A DNA stretch of 31,933 nt from Thermoplasmatota archaeon (GCA_016929175.1 JAFGJI010000031.1:1-31933); one strand, 5' to 3'; positions 8,716 through 17,942 are shown, counted from the stretch's first letter. The notes: generated by a model not told the origin, from the sequence alone. Numbers and translations: made by a program.

Positions 8716-8767
8716 AAATATTGCTTTGATCAATCCTGAATTGGTACGAAAAGGGGGAGCACTGTCA

Positions 8768-9706
8768 CTATTTCGGTCCGGTCCTGCCTTCGGCCTTTTC
8801 CCTCAGCAGCTTATCCCGCCATGTATCCTGGACCCAGCCATCCCTGAGTACAGCGGAAAGGACGTTGGCAACCCCGTCGCATTCCTTGATGCCGTCCAGA
8901 AGCTCGTTGTATCTCCTGATCGAAGGGGACCACGCATAGCTGGAGATCAGTCCCGAGATGTTGCTGACCATGGTGAGGTTGAAAAGGGCCCCGTCGAATC
9001 GTTGGTTCAGTTCGTTCCGGACTTTCATCGGGTTCGCATCTTCCTTCAGTAGGATCCCGAGCATTGCGGTCATTCCAGACGCGTTCCCCGGACGCCAGTC
9101 AACACCGAAATTGACAGCTCCGTCCTCGATCAATCTATCGAGATGTCTCTTCACCGTTCTCGCCGATGCGTTGCACTTCTCGGCGATGTCACCGATCGCC
9201 ATACGTGCATCCTCGTGAAGAACATGGATGATCTGGAAATCCAGTCTGGACAGTTCGGAAGGTCCCTTGTAGCCGGTATCCAGCATCTTCTTGCCGAAAT
9301 GCACCTGGGAATGGAACAGGACATTCGGGGTGGGGATATTCGCCTCGTTTCGCAAGAATGCGACAACCGGGTCCAGGTCCGTGATGTCGTGAATGATGGC
9401 TTCCAGGAAGTACTGGAGCTGCCCCTCCCCGATGAAGATCGACTGTATCTTATCGTTGCTTCTCAGCGCCTTCTCCACATCTTCCGGTCTGCCCTTAGAT
9501 ACTCCCTCTATCAGAACACGGATCGCACGGAGGTATCCGAGAGATAGGGACGCTCTGAAACCTATGACAAGCTCCTCCTCCTTCAATATCTGCATCCGGC
9601 GATGTGTAGCCTGGACAGAGATATCAAGACGGTCTGCCAACTCCCGTATCGGGATCCTCGAATTGGCAAAGAGCATCTGACACAGGCGGATGTCCGTCTC
9701 GTCCAT
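8768..9706 (-). CDS. Double-length Lrp/AsnC family regulator (two HTH+RAM units), paralog A
   Basis: Two Lrp-type HTHs (MDETDIRLCQMLFANSRIPIRELADRL..; LSRLDFQIIHVLHEDARMAIGDIAEKC..SARTVKRHLDRL) in 312 aa. Confidence 0.85.
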   Translation of the reverse strand: MDETDIRLCQMLFANSRIPIRELADRLDISVQATHRRMQILKEEELVIGFRASLSLGYLRAIRVLIEGVSKGRPEDVEKALRSNDKIQSIFIGEGQLQYFLEAIIHDITDLDPVVAFLRNEANIPTPNVLFHSQVHFGKKMLDTGYKGPSELSRLDFQIIHVLHEDARMAIGDIAEKCNASARTVKRHLDRLIEDGAVNFGVDWRPGNASGMTAMLGILLKEDANPMKVRNELNQRFDGALFNLTMVSNISGLISSYAWSPSIRRYNELLDGIKECDGVANVLSAVLRDGWVQDTWRDKLLREKAEGRTGPK

Positions 9707-9730
9707 GTGGATGGTTGATATCTATAGGTG

Positions 9731-9738
9731 CTTAAAAA
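9731..9738 (-). promoter_or_regulatory. Putative TATA box for leaderless Lrp paralog A
   Basis: TTTTTAAG ends 24 nt before ATG 9706; no SD; overlaps the stop codon of paralog B. Confidence 0.45.
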
Positions 9739-10655
9739 CCTGCCCTCTCGGCAAGCAGCCGGTCCCGCCATGTCTCCTGGACCCAACCGTCCTGCAGGAT
9801 CTTAGACATGGTATGTTCGACCCCATCGATCCTCCCCATCGATCCTACGAGCTCCTTCTGCCGCATGACGGTCGGGGTCCAACTGTAGCAGCCGAGGACA
9901 TCAACAAGGTTGATGAACGATGTAATAAATATAATCGAGACGCCGAACGAACTGAACAGTTCATCCCTGACCTTGCCGAGCTCCGAACTCTGCCTGACCT
10001 TGACCATTATGAGAGAGGTGTTACCGCTCGTATATGCCGGGTTCCAGTCGAGACCGAATTCGACGGCTCCTTCCTCTATCATCCTGTCCAGGTGCCGTTT
10101 CACAGTTCGGGCAGACAGGTTGAGTTCGTCCGCGATATCTTCCACGGCCTTCCGGGAATCACCCTGGAGGGCCCGTACGATGCGGTGATCGACGGAGGAA
10201 AGCTCCGGAGGTCCAGTGTACCGTTTATTAACGACCGTGTCGCCGAACCGCACCTGGGATTCGATGGAGAAGAAGGGGTCCGGTATCCTGACGTCATTCA
10301 CTACGAAGTCCGAAATACTTTCAAGGTCCTTCATTTCCCTTGGTATAAACGATATGTTGAGGAACTCCTCTCCGGCAACCAGAACGACATAGACCATATC
10401 GTTCTTGCCAAGGACCCTCTTGATCTCCATATAATCCTCTATCTTCGTTCTTCCCGAAACATATACGCGACATGTATGCAGGTATTCCACCGACAGGCAA
10501 GTGATATATCTGTGAATGACCCCCTCGTCCTTGAGATTCTGCATCCGACGATGTGTGGCCTGGATGGAGATGTTCAACCGGTCTGCCAAATCCCGGATGG
10601 GCGCCCGGGAATTGGCAAAGAGCATCTGACATAGCCTGATATCTGTCTCATCCAT
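9732..10655 (-). CDS. Double-length Lrp/AsnC family regulator, paralog B
   Basis: Same architecture as 8768-9706; first 17 aa identical; second HTH SARTVKRHLDR identical. Confidence 0.85.
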   Translation of the reverse strand: MDETDIRLCQMLFANSRAPIRDLADRLNISIQATHRRMQNLKDEGVIHRYITCLSVEYLHTCRVYVSGRTKIEDYMEIKRVLGKNDMVYVVLVAGEEFLNISFIPREMKDLESISDFVVNDVRIPDPFFSIESQVRFGDTVVNKRYTGPPELSSVDHRIVRALQGDSRKAVEDIADELNLSARTVKRHLDRMIEEGAVEFGLDWNPAYTSGNTSLIMVKVRQSSELGKVRDELFSSFGVSIIFITSFINLVDVLGCYSWTPTVMRQKELVGSMGRIDGVEHTMSKILQDGWVQETWRDRLLAERAGF

Positions 10656-10678
10656 GGAGGACTATATTTTCGCTCGAT

Positions 10679-10686
10679 TATTTAAA
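10679..10686 (-). promoter_or_regulatory. Putative TATA box for leaderless Lrp paralog B
   Basis: TTTAAATA ends 23 nt before ATG 10655; no SD; overlaps the TAA of the Cys-rich gene. Confidence 0.5.
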
Positions 10687-11170
10687 CCCGGATAATCTCT
10701 CGCCTTCGAATAAGGACATTGTAAAGGTCCCTGAAAGGAAATTGAACTTTCTTCATCCATAGATCGATCAGCATTTTCCCTTGGGGACTGTCCCATTCGA
10801 ATTCGAGGTCCCGGTGACACCGGGATCCCAGTCCGATCCTATCATGATGGCAAAAACGACACTCAAGGGGTTGATAGGGTGTCCCATGTAGTTCACATCG
10901 ATTCATACGTAAGAAATTACATCCATTGTTTGAGAATTCCTGCAGTGCAAAGTTGCCTTCACAACCATGAAATGCAGGGGACAAGATCCCGAACTTCAGT
11001 TCGGGGGACATTTCGAGCATCATTCGATTGCCAAGACCAGCTTCCATTGCCATATATGCCTCTTCCAGCGTCCACCAACCCGGCCTCCTGCAATATGTCT
11101 TGCATATATGACAGGAACAAGGATCTGATGGGGGATATCTTTCCGGGAGCCTGCTTCTCATGACCTGCAT
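10682..11170 (-). CDS. Cysteine-cluster protein, YkgJ-like (putative Zn/Fe-S binding)
   Basis: CSCHICKTYCRRPG, CNFLRMNRCELH and PLECRFCHH motifs. Confidence 0.6.
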   Translation of the reverse strand: MQVMRSRLPERYPPSDPCSCHICKTYCRRPGWWTLEEAYMAMEAGLGNRMMLEMSPELKFGILSPAFHGCEGNFALQEFSNNGCNFLRMNRCELHGTPYQPLECRFCHHDRIGLGSRCHRDLEFEWDSPQGKMLIDLWMKKVQFPFRDLYNVLIRRREIIRV

Positions 11171-11210
11171 ATTATTCCTTCAATTTTCAGATAATTACAA
11201 TCTCAATTCG

Positions 11211-12089
11211 CTAAGGGAACACACGAACCCCATCTGTCCTGGTGATCTTCCGGAACTCTTCAAGCAACTTTATGAAGATCTCTCCTGGTTCTCCTTTGCC
11301 GATCGTGCGCCCGTCTATTCTGATGACGGGGATCAGCTCGGCAGCTGTCCCTGTCAGGAAGCATTCATCAGAATTGTAGAGGTCATGCCTGGTCAAGGTC
11401 TTCTTCTCGCAGGTGTACCCGAACCGATCTGCGATTTCGATGACTGTGTTCCGGGTGATACCGGCAAGGGCACCATCGAATGTGGGCGGTGTCCTGAGGG
11501 TCGAATTCTTGACGCTGAAGATGTTGTCTCCGGTCCCCTCGGTCACGAATCCCAGGGAGTTCAACATGATCCCCTCCGGAACCCCTATATTGTTTGCTTC
11601 GATCTTCGCAAGCACATTGTTGAGGTAATTGAGGGATTTGACCTTCGGGCAAAGAGCATCTGCCATATTTCTCGTAGTCGGGACGGTCGCCACCTCTAGA
11701 CCCTTTTCATAGAACTCAGCGGGAAAAAGCGAGATCTTATCCACGATGATGATGACGGTAGCTTTGGGACATTTCCTTGGATCAAGACCAAGATCTCCAA
11801 TGCCTCTTGTGACCATTAAACGGATATAACCATCCCGCAGCTTGTTGGTCCTGACCGCATCGATACAGGCATCCCTGAGCTCCTTAAATGACAAAGGTAT
11901 GTTCAGCGTGATGGTCTTTGCCGATTCATACAGTCTCTCAAGGTGTTTGTCCAGCTTGAAGATGTTCCCGTCGTAGATCCGGATACCCTCGAATATTCCA
12001 TCTCCGTAAAGGAGCCCGTGATCATAGACGGATATCTTTGCCCGGGACCGGGCGTAATACGACCCGTCAATATATACCTGTGATACCAT
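11211..12089 (-). CDS. ilvE: Branched-chain amino acid aminotransferase (class IV PLP)
   Basis: YGDGIFEGIR, KSLNYLNN (PLP lysine), EGTGDNIF, LAGITR, FLTGTAAE motifs; GGAGGTGA SD 4 nt before ATG 12089. Confidence 0.95.
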   Translation of the reverse strand: MVSQVYIDGSYYARSRAKISVYDHGLLYGDGIFEGIRIYDGNIFKLDKHLERLYESAKTITLNIPLSFKELRDACIDAVRTNKLRDGYIRLMVTRGIGDLGLDPRKCPKATVIIIVDKISLFPAEFYEKGLEVATVPTTRNMADALCPKVKSLNYLNNVLAKIEANNIGVPEGIMLNSLGFVTEGTGDNIFSVKNSTLRTPPTFDGALAGITRNTVIEIADRFGYTCEKKTLTRHDLYNSDECFLTGTAAELIPVIRIDGRTIGKGEPGEIFIKLLEEFRKITRTDGVRVFP

Positions 12090-12142
12090 TTTTTCACCTC
12101 CTGAAATTACAGCCATTCATCTTCCTTTCTCATAGTGTTGAC

Positions 12143-12517
12143 CTATAGGGTCTGACCGGGAGTATCCACGAGAGCCATCAGGAACTGAAGCTCCGTCTCT
12201 ACCAATGCGGGATCGATCGAGCGTTGTGCGTATATCCAACCATCGTTTTCAGTGGACAGGGAATAATCCCTTTCGGTCAATTCCCTGGTGATCTTAAGGA
12301 TCTGCTCCATTCGCGTGGTGTCCACCTCGTGGTCCGAATCCAGAGCTCGAACGAGTACCTCCACGGTATGGGATATCTTGGATCCCCTGCCCACCAGGGC
12401 GACGATCCCTATTCTGTACCCGTTACCCCTGGCCAACACCATGTAACCTTCCCCGTCCTGGGATGCTTTAGCATTTTTATCCAATCTTTCCATATCGATC
12501 TTCGAAGCAGTGCTCAT
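12143..12517 (-). CDS. Hypothetical protein, 124 aa
   Basis: Clean ORF with GGAGG SD, 20 nt downstream of the ABC permease; no family recognised. Confidence 0.7.
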   Translation of the reverse strand: MSTASKIDMERLDKNAKASQDGEGYMVLARGNGYRIGIVALVGRGSKISHTVEVLVRALDSDHEVDTTRMEQILKITRELTERDYSLSTENDGWIYAQRSIDPALVETELQFLMALVDTPGQTL

Positions 12518-12537
12518 TTCTCAACCTCCTTCGTTCA

Positions 12538-14928
12538 TCACTGGTACCTTAGGGCCTCCCCCGGTCTGAAACGACCCGCCCTGAAGAGGGGGGGCTGGAT
12601 TATCAAAGCGGAAATGATCACAGTGATCGCGAGCGATATCAGGACGAAGGGCAAAGGGAAAATGTATGCAATGTCCATTCCGCTGCTGGACCTGATGGAA
12701 TTCGTCAGTAGAACCTGTACACCATATCCAACCGGCAATCCTGCGATCCAACCACCGAGGGCGATTATCATACCCTCCATGCCAAAGACTGAGATGATGC
12801 TTCTCGAGGACGACCCCAGGCAGCGGAGTATACCGATCTCACGGGTCCGTTCGATGACGTTCATGGTCAGCATGCTCATCAGGCCGATCATGGTCACGAA
12901 AACTATGAGCGCTCCGGAGGCTATCATCATTGCTACTGTACTGTCCGCACCTCTTGTTATCTGAACGCTGTTTACGTACCAGATCTGGTTGGTGACCAGG
13001 TAACCACGTTTGATCAAAGTGTCCTCGATCATAGTGGCTACACGGTCTATCTCGGAGTGGTCCCTACTCTCGGTGAATATATTGAACCCGGATACCGTCG
13101 ATCCGTAACCCATAAGATACTTGACCATTCCAAAGGGCATGTACACTTCTGTGAATACCTGGATGCTGATACCGACCACTTTGAATGATACGGGGCCTGT
13201 CCGCGTCTTCACCTTAACGCTATCCCCCACCTCGATGCCCAAACTCGAGGAAAGCCGCTCGTTGATGACCAGCACTGGCTCGTTTCGCTCATACTCATCG
13301 TCAGAAAACCACCGGCCGGAGCTGATGGTCTTGTCTTGATCTATTGCCTCCGTATCATGAACGTATGCAAGAGCGATCGTATTGTAATCATCGAACCCGA
13401 CCATGGTGGATATGAAGGGTTCTGCATAGCGCACCCCGGGTATGCCATTGATGATATGTCCCACCTCCTCGGTCAGCGGATTGGCACTTTCCTCCTGCCC
13501 TATTGATTGGATATCGTAGGTGACGCAGGATATCTCCCGGTCGATCTCCTCCGACATCGCCACACAACAGGTTACCACGCCCAGGAGCATTCCTACGGCC
13601 AGTGCTACCTGGAAAATGGTCGAAAATGAACGACCCTTGCGGCGCGATGTGTTGCGTATCCCCATCTGGAAGACAACTGGAATTCTGGCCAATCCGGTAC
13701 TTATCATCAGTCTGTCAAGAAGGGAAGATCGATAGGATGAAGAAATGGAACTTCCTTCCATACCCTCACGGACCCCAACTCTCAGCGCTTTCAGCAGAGC
13801 AGGGGCTGAGGCAAGTACAGTAACTATACACCCGGTCGTGAAACCTATGATCACCGTGGGCAGATGGATACGGAATCCGACACGTATGCCGACCATATTG
13901 CCGAACATCCCCGCCATTCCCATGGTTATTAACAAGCCAAGTAGGGCTCCGATGGAAGAGCCTATGACCCCCATTATGAGAGAAGTTGTAAGATATGACC
14001 TGACCACCTGAGGACTTGTGGCTCCGATAGCCTTCATCTGTGCGATCTCCCTTCTCTGTTCGGTGATGATCGTATGCATCGTATTGGAGATGAGGAACAG
14101 ACCGCAGAAGAGGACAATGTAGGCGATCAGATTGAAAAGAGAACCTACGCTTTCTAACATCTCCTTCTGTGGCCAGTCGCCAGGTTTCCTGATATGAGGT
14201 GTTTGGGTGAAACCATTGAAGTCGGTCCTCTCTGTTAAACAAGCTTTCACATCATCAACGGTCCTGGTCACCGCTGCATTATCCGTTTCAACAAGGTCAA
14301 GGGTGAGTAAGTTGTATCCTGAAGTATTTGCAATACCCCGAACCGTATTCACATCGGTGTAGAACACCGCTACCTGTTCGAAGGGTTTCCCCGAAAAATG
14401 CGGAGTGTGGGCGATGCCAGTGACATTCATTTCCCTGACATTGCCAAAGGTGTCGTACATCCGCACCTTGTTGCCCATACCTGCCGTGTAGAGGCCAGTA
14501 TCAATATTGCTGCGCTCCGAGAGAAGGTCGCCCTTACCTGCCTCGGGTATATCCCCGTCCTCGATGGATATCTTATCCACTGACATGCTTTGAAAATCAT
14601 CAACACCAACGACCCAGGCGATGTTCCGGCGCTCCCCGAGATATATCTTGGTGTAGAGTATGAACATAGCTTCCGTATTTCGAACGTTGTCAAGTTCATT
14701 GATGGACCCGAGAACATCATCGTCCATTGCGGTATCATTGAATCTCAGAAGGACATCATACATGTTCGATCCGCGGATCTCATCCTGCATCGCTTGGTCA
14801 ACCAGAGGCATCACTCCGAACATTCCCAGTGCAGCCACACCAAGGATTATTGTCAGTATTGTGAAAACGGACCTTGCCTTTCGCTGTTTGAGATCTCGGA
14901 AGGATTTGTTTAAAAGAGTTGATTTCAT
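12538..14928 (-). CDS. ABC transporter permease, FtsX/MacB-like, internally duplicated
   Basis: Two MacB-PCD/FtsX halves (ITEQRREIAQMKAIGAT; VIERTREIGILRCLGSS). Start taken at ATG 14928 after GGGAGG; the ORF-track extension overlaps the ATPase. Confidence 0.9.
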   Translation of the reverse strand: MKSTLLNKSFRDLKQRKARSVFTILTIILGVAALGMFGVMPLVDQAMQDEIRGSNMYDVLLRFNDTAMDDDVLGSINELDNVRNTEAMFILYTKIYLGERRNIAWVVGVDDFQSMSVDKISIEDGDIPEAGKGDLLSERSNIDTGLYTAGMGNKVRMYDTFGNVREMNVTGIAHTPHFSGKPFEQVAVFYTDVNTVRGIANTSGYNLLTLDLVETDNAAVTRTVDDVKACLTERTDFNGFTQTPHIRKPGDWPQKEMLESVGSLFNLIAYIVLFCGLFLISNTMHTIITEQRREIAQMKAIGATSPQVVRSYLTTSLIMGVIGSSIGALLGLLITMGMAGMFGNMVGIRVGFRIHLPTVIIGFTTGCIVTVLASAPALLKALRVGVREGMEGSSISSSYRSSLLDRLMISTGLARIPVVFQMGIRNTSRRKGRSFSTIFQVALAVGMLLGVVTCCVAMSEEIDREISCVTYDIQSIGQEESANPLTEEVGHIINGIPGVRYAEPFISTMVGFDDYNTIALAYVHDTEAIDQDKTISSGRWFSDDEYERNEPVLVINERLSSSLGIEVGDSVKVKTRTGPVSFKVVGISIQVFTEVYMPFGMVKYLMGYGSTVSGFNIFTESRDHSEIDRVATMIEDTLIKRGYLVTNQIWYVNSVQITRGADSTVAMMIASGALIVFVTMIGLMSMLTMNVIERTREIGILRCLGSSSRSIISVFGMEGMIIALGGWIAGLPVGYGVQVLLTNSIRSSSGMDIAYIFPLPFVLISLAITVIISALIIQPPLFRAGRFRPGEALRYQ

Positions 14929-14953
14929 CGTAGGTCGCCTCCCATATTCAAGC

Positions 14954-15634
14954 TCATGTGTTTTCTGCCTGGACCTGTCCATCACGAATAGTGATCCTAC
15001 GCATCGCCCGGGCTGCCAGGTCCTTTGAGTGTGTGACATATATGATTGTCTTGCCCTGGTCATTGAGCTTCTTGAGGAGGTCGAACATGGCCGCTTCCGT
15101 CTGAGAGTCCAGGTTCCCAGTTGGCTCGTCCCCGATGATTATCTTGGGGTCGCAGGCCAGAGCCCTGGCGATGGCGACTCTCTGCTGCTCTCCACCCGAG
15201 AGTTCCGAGGGTAGATTGTTCAGCTTGTCGCCGAGACCCACTAGTGTGAGATTCCTCACCGCGGTCCTTCTTCGTTCCGAATTGGAGCCCATGTGGGCAA
15301 GGTCCAAAGGCAGCATCGCATTCTCCAGGGCAGTCAGCGTGGGGAATAGCTGGAAGAACTGGAATATGATGCCCACATTCCTCCCTCTCCACCTTGCCAA
15401 CTCATTCTCGTTCATGGTATCTATTCGGGTACCATCCACTATGACGGACCCTGATGTAGGACGGTCGATCCCGGTGATCATATTCAGGATGGTTGATTTA
15501 CCCGATCCCGAAGGACCCACGATTGCTGTCACCTGTCCGCCTGCGATGGTTAGATTGACATTCTTGAGCGCTTGATATTCGACCTTGCCTGCCGCGTAGA
15601 CCTTGTCAAGGTTCTTCAGTTCGATCTTGCACAT
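14954..15634 (-). CDS. ABC transporter ATP-binding protein, LolD/MacB/SalX-like
   Basis: Walker A GPSGSGKST, LSGGEQQRV signature, Walker B IIIGDEPTGNLD, H-loop VTHS; GGTGA SD 5 nt before ATG 15634. Confidence 0.95.
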   Translation of the reverse strand: MCKIELKNLDKVYAAGKVEYQALKNVNLTIAGGQVTAIVGPSGSGKSTILNMITGIDRPTSGSVIVDGTRIDTMNENELARWRGRNVGIIFQFFQLFPTLTALENAMLPLDLAHMGSNSERRRTAVRNLTLVGLGDKLNNLPSELSGGEQQRVAIARALACDPKIIIGDEPTGNLDSQTEAAMFDLLKKLNDQGKTIIYVTHSKDLAARAMRRITIRDGQVQAENT

Positions 15635-16001
15635 ATTTTTCACCTGTATCCATCGATCTTAGGGAGGCCTTTACAACCTCTGAGGAGGCCGATGAAGAAG
15701 AGTATAATAATGGCATGTTCACCATGGAATTGAAAAAGGAACATTCAAGATCCGCCCATATGGACGATCCTTCATACCGATAATTGATGAAATGGACAGC
15801 GGTATCTTTGAATTGAACTAGCCAGTCCTTAAAATAAGAAGGTTCTCATGATCATTCCATTAATGAGTAGGCAGAGCGATCATCGTTCTCTTCCCCTGAT
15901 ATCGTCGATCAAACCCTTGATATTTGTTTTTTCATCCGATCGGTCTCTTGATCATCGATTATCCTGCTTCACGTTATTTGGACTCCGACCAACCATGTCC
16001 A

Positions 16002-16433
16002 TTAACCGCATCCACAGCTTACCTCACAACAAGATCCTTTGAATTGATCCAACACCTTCAGTATCCCTTCCCGAAGCATCTCTTTGGGTATGTTCTCGCT
16101 GGTTTCTCCATCGTATTCGAATGTCCGGCAATTCGTTTCCTCTCCGCAAACATCCGAACAGGAACCGCAATAATTATCGGACATTGTCAGTTTTCCGGAG
16201 ACTATCTCCTCGAGGTCCTGTCCGTTCAATCTGATGGTCGGTGATCTCTTCAAACCATACTTCTTCTCATCGTCCTTGGTGCTGATCCTGATCTTGTTAA
16301 CGGTAAGGTGATCGATCCCCTTCAACTCCTGTCGCAATTCTATAAGGACTTCATCCAGAGTTTCATCCGTTGACTGACATCTTTCACAGCATGACAGGTC
16401 CAGGTATAGGAAATCTATGTTCAGCTTGTTCAA
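16002..16433 (-). CDS. DUF2703-like thioredoxin-fold protein with Cys-rich motifs
   Basis: FLYLDLSCCERC, SPTIRLNG, CGSCSDVCG..CR motifs; TTG start 4 nt after GGTGA. Confidence 0.7.
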   Translation of the reverse strand: MNKLNIDFLYLDLSCCERCQSTDETLDEVLIELRQELKGIDHLTVNKIRISTKDDEKKYGLKRSPTIRLNGQDLEEIVSGKLTMSDNYCGSCSDVCGEETNCRTFEYDGETSENIPKEMLREGILKVLDQFKGSCCEVSCGCG

Positions 16434-16547
16434 GTTCTCACCAACCAGGATAGTAATGACAACACCCCAAATTAAATATTAAATTCTTTCCAATATGCCT
16501 GAATACCAGAGGATCCAATTTCAGCAACTTACGATGACATGGATATC

Positions 16548-16564
16548 CTTCTCATGATGAGAAG
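16548..16564. promoter_or_regulatory. Perfect 8-1-8 palindrome, candidate operator
   Basis: CTTCTCAT-G-ATGAGAAG in the intergenic region upstream of the DUF2703 gene. Confidence 0.4.
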
Positions 16565-16634
16565 TGTTCACATTTACCATACCCTTGCCCAACCGGATGA
16601 AGTAGTGACCGATAATGGGGAACCATTGTTCCAA

Positions 16635-16658
16635 GATGGTCCTCATAATGGGACCATC
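16635..16658. repeat. 8-8-8 inverted repeat
   Basis: GATGGTCC-TCATAATG-GGACCATC. Confidence 0.5.
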
Positions 16659-17021
16659 ATTATAATCACAAACCATCGATGAGTTTCATTTTCCTATACT
16701 AGGGCCGGTGCAAGATGTTAAGTGGGCCAGGCCGGTCTAACTGATAATTGGTTTTTACCTGAAAAGTCGCTTATTTCTTAACCACTCGACCTGGGTCAAT
16801 TCAGCGGATCATATAATGAATTGGGGATTTGGCTAGGTTCGAATCCGTCTGCACGATTAACAAATTGTTTTTGAATAGAATCAATGGTCCAAACAAGCGA
16901 TGGTAAGGTTTTTATTGGTCTGGATAATGAATTACATCTTATAGGTCCTCCCTCGATTATGGGAGGACTGCTACAAATTTGAGCCAAATTTACGAGGATA
17001 GAATTTTATGACTGTAAATGT

Positions 17022-17942
17022 TCATCGACCAAAGACCAAGTAAAGGTTCGCTAGGATCAGAAAAGCGAACATCGATGCCATTGATATGGTGACAAGAACG
17101 GTGGCAGGTCTTTTCAGGGCGGGTCTGAGAATGATCGAAGGTATCGAAGCTGTGAGAGGTATCAATGATAGCAAGCAAAATACACCCAGGATCCTCCATA
17201 CAGGACCTATCCTAAGGACCCAGAATGAAAAATAAAAGAGAGTGGCGAGAAGTGTGGAGATGAAAAGTAGAATGAAGGAAATCCTTCTTCCATAGAGGAC
17301 GACCATTGTGGTTTTTCCTCCCTTTCGATCTGCTTCCCTGTCAGGGATCTGAACGCTGGTGATGAACTGGATACCGTAAAGTAGCTGAGGAAAAAGGAAG
17401 TATACAATAATTGAGAGCGAGCCTTTGTACATCACAAAATAGCCCATGAACAGGACCAATAATCCCACCGCGGTAACGGTCGCAACCTCTCCCAGCCTCC
17501 TGTAAGCCAACCTGAAAGGCGGGCTCGTGTAGGCCCACCCAAGGAGAGCCCCCGATAGGACCAGCAGTGGAAAGAACAGTGTTCTTTGGTATATGAACAT
17601 GAATACAATCGAAAGGGAGATCGATAACAAGATCAATCCAATGGCGATGGTCTTTGCGATGGGTGCCAATTCCGGTTTTCTTTGAAGGACGCCACTCCCT
17701 CCGGAGAAAGGGGAAGGAGAATTGAACTTATCAGCGGAAATATCGTAGAGGTCATTGCTGTAGGATACGGAAAGATGTGCGGGAAAGAACACTGCGTAAC
17801 CGAAAAGGAACTTCAATACGTCCCCTTCACCTCCCAGTTCTACCGCTATGAGGGCCCCCAGCGAATATATCAGGAAACCTCCGAAAAGAAAATGGAATCT
17901 TCCAAGTTTCAGAATATCAATGAGATCCTGTCTTTTGGACAC
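17022..17942 (-). CDS. UbiA-superfamily prenyltransferase, MenA-like
   Basis: Multi-TM; Asp-rich motifs SNDLYDISAD and IPDREADRKGGKTT; YTSPPFRLAYRRLGE. Confidence 0.85.
   Translation of the reverse strand: MSKRQDLIDILKLGRFHFLFGGFLIYSLGALIAVELGGEGDVLKFLFGYAVFFPAHLSVSYSNDLYDISADKFNSPSPFSGGSGVLQRKPELAPIAKTIAIGLILLSISLSIVFMFIYQRTLFFPLLVLSGALLGWAYTSPPFRLAYRRLGEVATVTAVGLLVLFMGYFVMYKGSLSIIVYFLFPQLLYGIQFITSVQIPDREADRKGGKTTMVVLYGRRISFILLFISTLLATLFYFSFWVLRIGPVWRILGVFCLLSLIPLTASIPSIILRPALKRPATVLVTISMASMFAFLILANLYLVFGR

Noticed and set aside
9690-10634. 314-aa + strand ORF
   Set aside because: Antisense shadow of the Lrp paralog with no motifs.
14929-15063. N-terminal extension of the ABC permease ORF
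   Set aside because: Overlaps the ATPase gene; SD and family start fit 14928.
16836-16847. tRNA gene or attR site at GGTTCGAATCCG
   Set aside because: No T-stem or cloverleaf forms. It is inverted and on the wrong side relative to tRNA-Asn for an integration repeat, and no integrase is present.
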